Part shown: one piece after another, positions 46,340 to 56,422 of the stretch
Layout: each line of letters starts with the position of its first letter
How positions within the stretch are numbered: the first letter of the stretch is position 1
DNA from: Vampirovibrionales bacterium
Lineage (GTDB): Bacteria; Cyanobacteriota; Vampirovibrionia; Vampirovibrionales; Vampirovibrionaceae
Assembly: GCA_029262635.1 (NCBI GenBank)
Contig: JAJCZA010000005.1
Coordinates: 535,135-599,134 of the forward strand
Reading direction: 5' to 3'
Length of the DNA: 64,000 bases
Program-made: the position numbers and the translations under genes
The notes under the pieces: generated by a model
What the model was told of the DNA's origin: nothing
Seen by the model: the letters and a program-made list of their open reading frames with translations, nothing else
Databases searched by the model: none

Positions 46340-49300
46340 TTAAGTAACCGGAGCCTCTCGAGGCATTTCGCTCACCGCCCCATGGCACCGCTCACAAATG
46401 TCAGGATGATCAGCGAAAGTCCCAACCGACTCCCGATAATTCCAACAACGCTCACATTTTGAGTAACTAGAAACGCTACATTTTATTGAATATTGCTCAC
46501 CCACTAAACTATTATTTCCATAATGACCAAAATATCCTGACAAATCTAAGTCCTCTTCGAAATTCAGGTTAACTTCTGAACAAAGAAAAAGCATTTCTAA
46601 ATCTGTCTTATTCATATCTATTCTATTGATTGGTTCTAATCCATTCTGAACAACCGCACCAATAGTTGCAACTATTTCTGTAAGTTGCTCAATCTTTTTA
46701 TCAGAAGCAGACGTTAGATTATAGGATATTTCTTTAAATCTTTCCATCGAGCGATTTACATCATATTTCAAAGCTAAAATAGCTTCAAATTGTTCTCGTT
46801 CATCATATTTATAATATTTTTGGTTAAGCTCAGGCCAAGGTGCCATCGTAATACTTACGGGAGGCATATCAAACCCATAATTTGGTTTTTGCTCCTCTTG
46901 AAGATGTGACCAGATGTCTTCGGCCAAGTGAGGGGCGACGGGGACGAGCATGGGGAGCATGGTTGTGAATACTTCGTAGAGGACGGTTTGCATGGCTCGG
47001 CGACGAGGGGCGTTTTCAGGATCGCAGTAGAGGACGTCTTTGGCGACATCAAAATAGAGAGATGACAATTCAGTCACACAAAAGTTCTGGAGGACTTGAT
47101 AGTAGTGATGGAATTGGTAATGATCAAACGCTTCAGTTAATTTGCTCACCACTTCTTGCATGCGGTGCAGGGTGTATTTATCCAGGTCTGAAAGATTCTC
47201 ATACGGTTCCGTATGAGAATCGGGATCAAACCCGGCTAAATTGCCGAGCATAAAGCGCATGGTGTTTCTTACTTTTTTGTAGACTTCCACCAACTGTTTG
47301 ATAATCTCGTCGCCAATACGCACATCCACCGAATAATCCACACTAGCGACCCACAAACGAAGCACGTCGGCGCCGTATTGATTCATGATTTTATTGGGGT
47401 CAATCACGTTGCCCAGGGATTTACTCATTTTGCGCCCGTTGCCATCCAATACAAAGCCATGGGTCAAAACGCTTTTAAACGGTGCTTTCTGATGGAGCAT
47501 CACCGAGGTGAGCAACGATGACTGGAACCAGCCCCGGTGCTGGTCAGAACCTTCCAGATATAGCTCTACGGGTATTTCACCCAATTCGTCTTTTCGGGCT
47601 TCCACCACGGCGGTGTGGGTAATACCACTATCAAACCAGACATCCATGATGTCGGTTTCTTTGGTAAATTCTTTACTTCCACAGGCGCAAGTCGTGTCAT
47701 CGCTTAATAGCTCTGCGGCAGATTTAGCCCACCATGCATCAGAAGATTCTTTGCAGAATAAGTCATATAAATCTTCCGTGGTTTTTTCGTTGATTAGAGG
47801 TTTATCGCAGGCTTTGCAATAGAAAACCGGAATGGGAACGCCCCACACTCGTTGACGACTTATACACCAATCGCCTCGACCTTCCACCATGCTAGCAATC
47901 CGAGCTTCGCCTCGTTCCGGAATCCACTTGGCTTGCTTAATTTCGCCGAGAGCTTCGTTTCGAATTTTATCAATGCTAATAAACCACTGTTCCGTGGCCC
48001 GATAAATCACCGGTTGGTGACAACGCCAACAATGGGGATAACTGTGATCAATCTTGCGATGTCCGAGCAGGGCACCTTTTTCCTTGAGGATCTCAATGAC
48101 GATTTCGTTGCCCTTGCTGTAATGTTGACCGATTAGCCGAGGTTCTTGCGCTTTGTCTGTAAACACGCCCTTAGCATCCACCGGCGACACAATGCCAATG
48201 GGATTGTTTTTTAAGGGGCCATTATCATACTGCTGGCAAATCACATAATCTTCCATCCCGTGGCCGGGCGCCGTATGTACGACCCCGGTACCTGCTTCAA
48301 GAGTTACATGGCGGCCCGTTAAAATAGGAACTACCCGATCATTTATAAACGGATGATGTGCATTGAGAAATTCTAAATCCTTCCCTTTAATCTTTGCCAA
48401 CGTGGGAAATGTTGATTCATTCAAGGGCTTGATCATTGACATCATAGCAGCCTGAATATTAAGTAGTTTCATTCCCTTATTTGGAGCCTCATTTGACGCT
48501 GTAACCTTTCCAGAGGCACCTTCCAAGGTGGGTTCCAATTGTTTGCCGATTTTAGCAAGCTCTTTTACCAAACATTCAATAACCTGTTCCTTAAGTTCCG
48601 AAGCAACAAGATACTTTTGCCCTGATATTTTTTCTTCAAAAACTTCATACTCATATTCGGGATGCACCGATAATGCTAAGTTGGCCGGAATGGTCCAGGG
48701 GGTGGTGGTCCAGATGACCACGGACGCATCTTTCAGCATCTCCTGACCGGGTTTGAGCGAGCTGTTATCAATGGCAAACTTCACATAAATGCTATCGCTT
48801 GTATGGTTATCGTATTCGACTTCGGCATCGGCTAGGGCGGTTTCGCAGTGGGAACACCAGTAGACGGGTTTTAGGCCTTTGTAGACGTAATCTTTTTTGT
48901 GCATTTCGTAGAAGGCTTTAATTTGAGTGGCTTCAAATTTAGGATCCGTGGTGATGTAGGGGTGTTCCCAATCGCCCCAGACGCCGAGGCGTTTAAAATT
49001 GGTTTCTTGTCCTTTGAGGTTTTTCGCCCCGAAGTCTCGACATTTTTGGCGCAGTTCCACGTCAGAAATGGCCTTTCGTCCGCCTTTAATACTTTTGACC
49101 ACCGCATTTTCAATGGGCAGGCCATGGCCATCATATCCGGGAACGTAAGGCGCATAATGCCCTCGTTGATATTGATAGCGGGTGACAATATCCTTGAGAA
49201 TTTTATTTAAAGCCGTTCCAATGTGGATTTTATCCGAACTCAGGTACGGCGGGCCATCATGGAGAATAAATTTTTCGGCACCACTCGCTTTTCGTTGTTC

Positions 49301-49459
49301 TTGCGCTTTAAAATAAATCTGCTGATCGTCCCAAAACTGCTCAATTTCTGGCTCTCGTGTGGCGGCGCCGGCCTTCATTTTAAAGGTCGTCTCAGGCAAG
49401 AGTAGGGTCTCTTTGTAGTTGATTTTAGAATTTTCAGAAGTGTTTTCAGCAGAAGTCAT
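46340..49459 (-). CDS. ileS: isoleucine--tRNA ligase (bacterial type with C-terminal Zn finger)
   Basis: HIGH-variant IHIGTALNK, KMSKS (GRKMSKSLGN), CP1 editing domain, C-terminal CxxC...CxxC; start at ATG 49459. Confidence 0.95.
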   Translation of the reverse strand: MTSAENTSENSKINYKETLLLPETTFKMKAGAATREPEIEQFWDDQQIYFKAQEQRKASGAEKFILHDGPPYLSSDKIHIGTALNKILKDIVTRYQYQRGHYAPYVPGYDGHGLPIENAVVKSIKGGRKAISDVELRQKCRDFGAKNLKGQETNFKRLGVWGDWEHPYITTDPKFEATQIKAFYEMHKKDYVYKGLKPVYWCSHCETALADAEVEYDNHTSDSIYVKFAIDNSSLKPGQEMLKDASVVIWTTTPWTIPANLALSVHPEYEYEVFEEKISGQKYLVASELKEQVIECLVKELAKIGKQLEPTLEGASGKVTASNEAPNKGMKLLNIQAAMMSMIKPLNESTFPTLAKIKGKDLEFLNAHHPFINDRVVPILTGRHVTLEAGTGVVHTAPGHGMEDYVICQQYDNGPLKNNPIGIVSPVDAKGVFTDKAQEPRLIGQHYSKGNEIVIEILKEKGALLGHRKIDHSYPHCWRCHQPVIYRATEQWFISIDKIRNEALGEIKQAKWIPERGEARIASMVEGRGDWCISRQRVWGVPIPVFYCKACDKPLINEKTTEDLYDLFCKESSDAWWAKSAAELLSDDTTCACGSKEFTKETDIMDVWFDSGITHTAVVEARKDELGEIPVELYLEGSDQHRGWFQSSLLTSVMLHQKAPFKSVLTHGFVLDGNGRKMSKSLGNVIDPNKIMNQYGADVLRLWVASVDYSVDVRIGDEIIKQLVEVYKKVRNTMRFMLGNLAGFDPDSHTEPYENLSDLDKYTLHRMQEVVSKLTEAFDHYQFHHYYQVLQNFCVTELSSLYFDVAKDVLYCDPENAPRRRAMQTVLYEVFTTMLPMLVPVAPHLAEDIWSHLQEEQKPNYGFDMPPVSITMAPWPELNQKYYKYDEREQFEAILALKYDVNRSMERFKEISYNLTSASDKKIEQLTEIVATIGAVVQNGLEPINRIDMNKTDLEMLFLCSEVNLNFEEDLDLSGYFGHYGNNSLVGEQYSIKCSVSSYSKCERCWNYRESVGTFADHPDICERCHGAVSEMPREAPVT

Positions 49460-49538
49460 CGTAATTCCTGACGTATTTAATAACAAGGCAACATGGCCTC
49501 ATAGTCTACCAGAAAAGCGGTTATGATTTAAGTTTTGG

Positions 49539-51476
49539 TTAGGAAACTGACGAATGATCCAACGTCGTTAAAGCTGAACTGCTCGCATCCATCAGACGTT
49601 TACCCACGTCGTCAAAGGTGATATTCAGGGTCACTCGGTCTTCACCCGGAATCACTTTTGCGACGACGCCTTCGCCATATTTCTCGTGAGAGACTCGATC
49701 GCCGGCTTGATAGCCTGCTTTTTCTATCAAATCCTGACTTTCTGGGTCCATGGTTGATAAAATTGGGATCGGCTCGGAAGCCCTGTTTTGGAGCTTAGGG
49801 GTTGTCGCAACGCTGGCATCCACATGGGTATCGTCGCTACCGATGGCTGTGCTAGAGGTCACTTCCGAATCAAAGTCAAAATCGAACTCATCGTCCATAT
49901 CGGATACCGTTGACGTTTGGTCGTCAAGAGACGACGGGAAGAGTTCATCCAGTGCCGCTTCCTGATCGGCGTCCAGTACCGGAGGTGTGTCATCAGTCGG
50001 TTCAAGTGGAGGGGCTATATCGGGATGGCGATCAGGAAGCGGTTCGTCCAGCCGGGTATCAAAATCAAAATCCAGATCGTCATCTTCTTCTATGTCCGCT
50101 TTTGCTTCTGCTTCCACCTCTTCTGGCAACGAGTCGGTTGATGCTTCTGTTAATAAAGATTCTGCCGATTGTAAGGTTAGATTAGACGCTTCTAAAACAA
50201 GAGTCTCCGCTTTTTGTTCGGTGTTAGCAGTTGTAGTCTCTGGAAACGGTGTAAAGCACTCCTCGGCCTCGTCAGTATCTCCATCTATTAGCGAAGCTGA
50301 TTCCGCTTCCAGCTGCTCTATTTCATCCAGTTCATCTCCATCAAGCCCTTTGAGAGTGGCTTTCATTGGCAAGCCCAGGGTCATTTCGCCGCAAAGGTGT
50401 ACATGAACCTCATCACCGCCCAATTCGTATTCCGCTTCAAAATAGTGAGCAACAGCGTCTGTATAAGTTGCTTCCGACTGACGAGACGATAACACGAGCA
50501 CGTTGTATTCTGCTTCATCCCACTTTTGAATGTAGTGGGGTAAGTTATCCAAATAATTTTCGGGATAAACCAAGACCGGAATCAGGCCGTGTTCTTTATG
50601 ACGGATCAACTCATGGCACACATAATCGTAAAAAACGCCTCGCCATGGGTTTTCAATACCTGATAAGTCCAGCACATTCATTTGATCGGATACCGTGGCG
50701 TCCATGGCAAAAACCTTTTCTGGACTGGTAGCAAAGACTTGTTGTGCATGCATGGTATGGAGCACGTGAATCAGGGCACCTTTGGCGGGACACTCATCGT
50801 AAAGTTGGGTGTTGAGAAAATACTTGAAAGGGATAAAATCCAGTGTTAAGGGCAATGCGCGGGATAAAAGTGCCAGTCCCTCGTCTTGGAACGCTTCAGG
50901 CAGGGCTTCACCCACTTTAGATAAAAACGTGGCAACCCCAATGCCTTGTAAAGAAAGTTGGACTTCTTGTCCGGCCGTCATGACATGATAACCTTCCGCA
51001 AAGGCAAACAATCCTAAGGGATCCATGACCAATAACCGTTGATCCACCTGAAGCCCGTCCATGATTTCTACCAGGGCCTGGTGTTTGGCTTCTAGTGAAT
51101 CACCACTAACGACACTTAATGTTCCGAGTCTTTTTAGGTCGCCCATAAAGGAGCCCCCAAGAAACAAAGGTGAGCGTACATGCCCTAACAGTGTTTGGAG
51201 TTCACCCCCCAATTCTGTGGCATTTAAAAGGGTTGCCTGAGAAAACCCCATGCCCGGTTCCCCGAAAAGAACCGTCATTGAAGCCAGGCACTCAGCGTTT
51301 GTCGTTAAGTGGTCTACCGAGCTCAACGTTTGTAGAGAGGTCACTTCGGTATAGACGGGGGCATCGCCCTCCAGTCTTAATAATTGTCCCACAACCAGTG
51401 GTGTTGAGGCATCAATAAACGCTTCGATCTCGGAGGAGGTAACACGTTTTGGACGAATGGAAAGGGGCACAGCCAC
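49539..51476 (-). CDS. hypothetical protein: N-terminal degenerate P-loop-like domain, long acidic DFDFD-containing linker, C-terminal UvrD/PcrA-type Tudor-like domain
   Basis: GEPGMGFS in place of a Walker A GxxGxGKT; C-terminus GDRVSHEKYGEGVVAKVIPGEDRVTLNITFDDVGKRLM parallels the UvrD C-terminal domain. Confidence 0.5.
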   Translation of the reverse strand: MAVPLSIRPKRVTSSEIEAFIDASTPLVVGQLLRLEGDAPVYTEVTSLQTLSSVDHLTTNAECLASMTVLFGEPGMGFSQATLLNATELGGELQTLLGHVRSPLFLGGSFMGDLKRLGTLSVVSGDSLEAKHQALVEIMDGLQVDQRLLVMDPLGLFAFAEGYHVMTAGQEVQLSLQGIGVATFLSKVGEALPEAFQDEGLALLSRALPLTLDFIPFKYFLNTQLYDECPAKGALIHVLHTMHAQQVFATSPEKVFAMDATVSDQMNVLDLSGIENPWRGVFYDYVCHELIRHKEHGLIPVLVYPENYLDNLPHYIQKWDEAEYNVLVLSSRQSEATYTDAVAHYFEAEYELGGDEVHVHLCGEMTLGLPMKATLKGLDGDELDEIEQLEAESASLIDGDTDEAEECFTPFPETTTANTEQKAETLVLEASNLTLQSAESLLTEASTDSLPEEVEAEAKADIEEDDDLDFDFDTRLDEPLPDRHPDIAPPLEPTDDTPPVLDADQEAALDELFPSSLDDQTSTVSDMDDEFDFDFDSEVTSSTAIGSDDTHVDASVATTPKLQNRASEPIPILSTMDPESQDLIEKAGYQAGDRVSHEKYGEGVVAKVIPGEDRVTLNITFDDVGKRLMDASSSALTTLDHSSVS

Positions 51477-51660
51477 AACTCCTTTTTATTCTGTCAATAG
51501 CAATAGAAAACGGACAGGGTATCGTCTCATGTCCGTTTCCTCTTGTTCTATTCTATCCTCAAAAACGCATTGAATTAACCCTTTCATTGGTTTCACTTAC
51601 AATAGGCAACATAATCCGATATAATGCAACGGATACAACCGTTGCAGAAAGTCCATTTCC

Positions 51661-52917
51661 ATGAGCTCATCGCCTAACCTACTGGATATACTGGCCGATC
51701 AAAATCGGAAATCCCCGTTGGCCGATCGCCTGCGCCCCAAAACGCTGGACGATTATTTGGGACAAGACAGCGTTGTCGGAGAAAATACGCCGCTTCGCAA
51801 CTTAATTCTGGCTAAAGAATTGACCTCCCTTATTTTCTGGGGGCCGCCGGGGGTGGGTAAAACCACGCTGGCTCGCATTATCGCCAATAACTCCAATGCC
51901 CGTTTTATTGAGCTTAGTGCCGTTAATTCCGGTATTAAGGAACTCCGACAGGCTGTTACCGATGCGGAAGAGACACTTCGAAGCTCTGGCAGCCAAACTG
52001 TGGTTTTTATTGATGAGATTCACCGATACAGTAAAACCCAACAAGACGCGATTCTACCTTACGTGGAAAACGGCACCATCGTCCTGATGGGTGCCACCAC
52101 CGAGAACCCTTCTTTTCAAGTGGTCTCTGCCTTGTTATCCCGAGTGTTAATTGTGCGCCTTGGTTATCTAGAACGGGAGCAAATGAAAGCACTGGTCAAA
52201 CGAGGCATGGATCACCTTGGCTCGTTAACACTTTCCGAAGAAGCGGCTGGCTTTATTGTGGATTATGCTAACGGTGACGGACGAAGTGCTTTAGGTTTAT
52301 TAGAAAATGCCGCTAAATGCGCTCCCAAAAAGGAGGGTCAGCGTACCGTAGACCTACCCCTTTTGGAGCAACTCGCTCAGCAAAACCGCCTGAATTATGA
52401 TCGCCATGGCGATGAACATTACGACCATGCCTCCGCCTTCCAGAAGAGTCTTCGGGGCAGTGACCCGGACGCGGCTTTATATTGGCTTGCTAAAATGATT
52501 GCCGGTGGTGAGGACCCCCGGTTTATTGCCCGCCGACTTATTGTCACAGCCTCGGAAGACGTGGGCCTTGCCCGACCGACCGCTTTATTATTAGCTAACG
52601 CCGCTGCCGACTCGGTTGAACGTATTGGACTACCGGAAGGGCGCATCCCTTTGGCCATGGCTACCGCTTACATTGCCCGGGCCCCAAAATCGAATCATGC
52701 TTACCGAGCCGTTGATGCGGCCTTGTATGATATTCAGCATGGGGGTAAAAATTATCCGGTTCCTGCCCATCTGCGAGATGCTCATTACGCCGCCGCCAAG
52801 GAAAAATATGGTCATGGTGCGGATTATGTTTACACTCACGCCAACCCGGAAGCCTCCCAAACCTTTTTGCCTGATGAACTCATCGGCACCCGTTACCTTG
52901 ACCCGGAGACGCCTTGA
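51661..52917 (+). CDS. rarA: replication-associated recombination protein A (RarA/MgsA AAA+ ATPase)
   Basis: GPPGVGKTTLA Walker A, VFIDEIHR Walker B, MgsA C-terminal domains. Confidence 0.9.
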   Translation: MSSSPNLLDILADQNRKSPLADRLRPKTLDDYLGQDSVVGENTPLRNLILAKELTSLIFWGPPGVGKTTLARIIANNSNARFIELSAVNSGIKELRQAVTDAEETLRSSGSQTVVFIDEIHRYSKTQQDAILPYVENGTIVLMGATTENPSFQVVSALLSRVLIVRLGYLEREQMKALVKRGMDHLGSLTLSEEAAGFIVDYANGDGRSALGLLENAAKCAPKKEGQRTVDLPLLEQLAQQNRLNYDRHGDEHYDHASAFQKSLRGSDPDAALYWLAKMIAGGEDPRFIARRLIVTASEDVGLARPTALLLANAAADSVERIGLPEGRIPLAMATAYIARAPKSNHAYRAVDAALYDIQHGGKNYPVPAHLRDAHYAAAKEKYGHGADYVYTHANPEASQTFLPDELIGTRYLDPETP

Positions 52918-52924
52918 ATAGAGT

Positions 52925-53512
52925 ATGCATAACTTTCCTCGAAACGTTCCGATTATTCTAGCTTCCGGCTCCCCTCGACGGCAAGAGCTTTTGACCTCTA
53001 TTGGTGTTGAGTTTAGTATCATCAAACCTGATGTGGATGAGGAAGGTTTCGATGTGGCCCATCTGACGCCTTATCAGCTGGTTGAATTCCTGGCAGAGAA
53101 AAAGGCCGGGTCTGTTGCTAATAGCCACCCCCAAGCATTTGTTATTGGCTCAGACACGGTGGTCAGCTTAGAAAACCAGGTTTTGGGCAAGCCTCACGAT
53201 GAAGCTGAGGCTTTTACCATGCTCAGGCAACTTCAGGGTAATTGCCATCATGTTATTTCTGGTATTTCAGTCTGCTACAACGGACAATGCATCTCAAGTC
53301 ATGCCGTGACAGAAGTTACAATGGATCCCATGAACGATGAGCTTATTCGGCAATACATTGCCACGGGAGAACCCATGGATAAAGCGGGTGCTTACGCGAT
53401 TCAGGGGTACACAAGTCTATTTATCCCTCGGATTAACGGATGTTACTTTAACGTGGTGGGCATGTCCTTGAACCTTTTGAATCGACTGGTTCGACAAGTT
53501 AAAATCGCTTAA
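52925..53512 (+). CDS. maf: Maf-like nucleoside triphosphate pyrophosphatase
   Basis: ILASGSPRRQELL N-terminal motif, 195 aa. Confidence 0.85.
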   Translation: MHNFPRNVPIILASGSPRRQELLTSIGVEFSIIKPDVDEEGFDVAHLTPYQLVEFLAEKKAGSVANSHPQAFVIGSDTVVSLENQVLGKPHDEAEAFTMLRQLQGNCHHVISGISVCYNGQCISSHAVTEVTMDPMNDELIRQYIATGEPMDKAGAYAIQGYTSLFIPRINGCYFNVVGMSLNLLNRLVRQVKIA

Positions 53513-53527
53513 TATTGCTAGCTTAAG

Positions 53528-54070
53528 TTAATTTGGCTGCCAAAGTCCCTGTTGAGCCATTCGTGCTTGTGTTTCAATTCTCTCGAAACGTTTCTGAAAC
53601 CGTTTATTGGGATGAATAAACAGGGTGGTTACCAACCCTTGTTCTAGTAGTTGTTCATTAATGGATTGTGGTGCATCGGGTTGTTCGTAGATAAATGCCA
53701 GAGTCCGTCCAAAGGGGTCCTGTTTTTCCTGATCGAACATTAAATAGACCTTTTTTTTGAGGAGTTTATTTTGCACAAACGTTCTGGCCTCAACCGAAAA
53801 AGGTTCGTCTCGACCTTCCATGTCGGGATTATTGCGCCGCCTTCTTGAATAACGGGTTTCCGGTGCGTCGATGCCTAAAAACCGGATGTATTCCCGAGGT
53901 TTTTCAATTTGGGCATTGCCATTCAAATCACAGGCGATGGTATCCCCATCAAACACCTTTAATACATGGCAGGGTATCCGTTCACTTTCAGTCGATACTG
54001 GCGGTTTTTGAGTATAACCGGAGTCGCAGGCGGTAAAAGTAATTATAGCGGCTAATACGAAGAGTCCCAT
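53528..54070 (-). CDS. secreted thermonuclease (SNase-like) lipoprotein
   Basis: lipobox LAAIITFTAC; SNase motifs (FDGDT, RFLGIDAPE, GRTLAFIY); start at ATG 54070 to avoid overlap with hbd. Confidence 0.75.
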   Translation of the reverse strand: MGLFVLAAIITFTACDSGYTQKPPVSTESERIPCHVLKVFDGDTIACDLNGNAQIEKPREYIRFLGIDAPETRYSRRRRNNPDMEGRDEPFSVEARTFVQNKLLKKKVYLMFDQEKQDPFGRTLAFIYEQPDAPQSINEQLLEQGLVTTLFIHPNKRFQKRFERIETQARMAQQGLWQPN

Positions 54071-54098
54071 TAAAGTCGGGCTCGGCCTAAAAGAAAGG

Positions 54099-54995
54099 CT
54101 AATCGTAAACAAAGAAACCGCGTCCCGATTTTCGTCCCAGATAACCGGCGTCCACATATTGTTTTAGCAACGGACATGGGCGGAACCGGGCGTCGTTAAA
54201 TCCTTCGTAAAGCACGTTAATCACTGACAGGCATGTATCCAGCCCAATAAAATCAGCCAGTGTTAACGGACCCATGGGGTGGTTCATGCCGAGCTTCATC
54301 ACCGTATCAATATCTTCTGGCGAGCCGATACCCTCGTATACGGCGAACATGGCTTCATTTAATAGAGGCATTAAAATACGGTTCGAGATGAATCCTGGAA
54401 AATCCCGAGCCACGACCGTGGTTTTGCCCATGTTTTGCGACAAGGCGTTAATGGTTTGATAGGTCGTGTCCGAAGTTTGGGCTCCACGGATAATCTCCAC
54501 CAGTTTCATTAGTGGTACCGGATTCATGAAATGCATGCCAATCACTTGAGAGGGCCGTTTTGTGGCCGCCGCTAAACGGGTAATAGAAATACTGGAGGTG
54601 TTACTGGCCAGAATGGCCTCTGGCTTAAGTAAGGCATCCAGCTTTTTAAACACGTCTATTTTCACGGCCTCGCTCTCCACAATGGCCTCGACTACTACGT
54701 CTGCGTTATTTAGGGCATTAAAATCCTGCTCAAAATGAATATGAGCTAAGGCTTTTTCTTTATCGGAAGCCGTGATTTTTTCTTTTTCTACAAACTTGGC
54801 TAAACTTTTCTCAATGGTCTTTTCCGCTCGGCCTAAAGCGTCGGCGGACATATCATGGATGATTACATTTAGACCGGCAGATGCCGCCGCTACCTGGGCA
54901 ATGCCATTTCCCATCTGACCACCGCCAATAACACCAATGGTTTTAATGTCTTGTACCGAAAGCACGTTGGTTTCCGATAAAACTGCGTTGCTCAT
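54099..54995 (-). CDS. hbd: 3-hydroxybutyryl-CoA dehydrogenase
   Basis: GVIGGGQMGNGIA, HFMNPVPLMKLVEI. Confidence 0.9.
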   Translation of the reverse strand: MSNAVLSETNVLSVQDIKTIGVIGGGQMGNGIAQVAAASAGLNVIIHDMSADALGRAEKTIEKSLAKFVEKEKITASDKEKALAHIHFEQDFNALNNADVVVEAIVESEAVKIDVFKKLDALLKPEAILASNTSSISITRLAAATKRPSQVIGMHFMNPVPLMKLVEIIRGAQTSDTTYQTINALSQNMGKTTVVARDFPGFISNRILMPLLNEAMFAVYEGIGSPEDIDTVMKLGMNHPMGPLTLADFIGLDTCLSVINVLYEGFNDARFRPCPLLKQYVDAGYLGRKSGRGFFVYD

Positions 54996-55051
54996 CTATT
55001 CAGCCCTCTTTTAATTATTGCCTAATTTTCTGCGAGTCCTGTTTATAAGGT

Positions 55052-56233
55052 TTAAACCATTTCAACCACCACCGCTACGGCCTCACCACCGCCAATACAC
55101 AGGGTAACCACCCCCCGTTTCTTGTTTTGGTCCTTTAAGGCATGAAGCAGGGTTACCAGCAATCGATTGCCCGACGCACCAATGGGGTGACCCAAGGCAA
55201 CGGCGCCCCCTCGGACATTCACTTTCTCAAGCGGGATATCTAAATCTGCCATGGCGGCCATGGTGACCACAGAAAATGCTTCGTTAATCTCAAAGAGGTC
55301 AATATCGGAGACCGTCAAGCTCAGCTTCGCCAATATTTTTTTGATGGCACCCACCGGGGCGGTGGTAAACCATTCGGGGTCTTGGCTGAACGTGGCCGAA
55401 CCCAGGATTTTCGCCATGGGCTTTAACCCATGAGCTTCAATGGCTTTTCCTGAAGCAACGAGAACGGTTGAAGCTCCATCGTTAATGGTTGAGGCGTTCC
55501 CGGCTGTAATAGTACCTTCCTTGGCAAACGCTGCACGTAACTTACCCAGTTTATCAGGGTCGCCTTTGAACGGCTCTTCATCAGTATCCACAATAATCGG
55601 GTCTTTCCGTCGTTGCGGCACTTCCACTGGCACAATCTCCGCTTTAAACGCACCAGACTCGATGGCTTTACGGGCACGCTCATAACTGGTTTTAGCAAAA
55701 TCGTCCTGAGCTTCTCGAGTGAAGTGGTATTTTTCAGCGCACATCTCACCCGCGTTTCCCATATGGAAATCGTGATAGGGATCCCATAGGCCGTCCAGAA
55801 TCATGCTGTCTTTAATTTCTCGGTGCCCCATTCGGTAGCCGTTGCGTGCATCCATCAAGTAATGAGGACTTTGGCTCATGGACTCCATACCGCCCGCAAT
55901 CACCAAGTCCGCCTCGCCAGCTTTGATCTCTGCGGCGGCCATCATCACGGTTTTAAGGCCCGAACCGCATACTTTATTCACGGTTACCGCACCGGTGGAT
56001 GTGGGGATGCCTGCCTTAATCATGGCTTGTCGTGCAGGAGCTTGTCCCTGGCCTGCGGGTAGTACGCAACCCATTAATACTTCATCAACCTCTCCCGGCG
56101 AAACACCGGCGCGTTCTAAAACCGCTTTAATAACAACGCTACCCAAGACCGGAGCAGGCACACTGGACAACGACCCTAGAAAGCTACCCATTGCTGTTCG
56201 GGCACCACTGATAATGTATACATCGTTACTCAA
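55052..56233 (-). CDS. acetyl-CoA C-acetyltransferase (biosynthetic thiolase)
   Basis: NKVCGSGL, GGMESMS, C-terminal CIGGGEAVA. Confidence 0.9.
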   Translation of the reverse strand: MSNDVYIISGARTAMGSFLGSLSSVPAPVLGSVVIKAVLERAGVSPGEVDEVLMGCVLPAGQGQAPARQAMIKAGIPTSTGAVTVNKVCGSGLKTVMMAAAEIKAGEADLVIAGGMESMSQSPHYLMDARNGYRMGHREIKDSMILDGLWDPYHDFHMGNAGEMCAEKYHFTREAQDDFAKTSYERARKAIESGAFKAEIVPVEVPQRRKDPIIVDTDEEPFKGDPDKLGKLRAAFAKEGTITAGNASTINDGASTVLVASGKAIEAHGLKPMAKILGSATFSQDPEWFTTAPVGAIKKILAKLSLTVSDIDLFEINEAFSVVTMAAMADLDIPLEKVNVRGGAVALGHPIGASGNRLLVTLLHALKDQNKKRGVVTLCIGGGEAVAVVVEMV

Positions 56234-56422
56234 TCTGCTTACCCCTATATTAATTTGTCTTTAATTATAACCAAAAAGCCTGATATAAAAACTTCTCGAC
56301 TCTATCATTTCGATTAGTCTACTCCAAACCGATACGCCGCTATATTCGAATGCTCATACAAAACGCTTCCGGTTTAATTTTTCTATGAATCGAGCTATAT
56401 TGCTGTGGATGGGTAATATGAT

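Noticed and set aside
47062-49405. Multiple 60-105-aa ORFs on both strands within ileS
   Set aside because: Embedded in ileS, whose frame shows continuous class-I synthetase motifs (HIGH, KMSKS).
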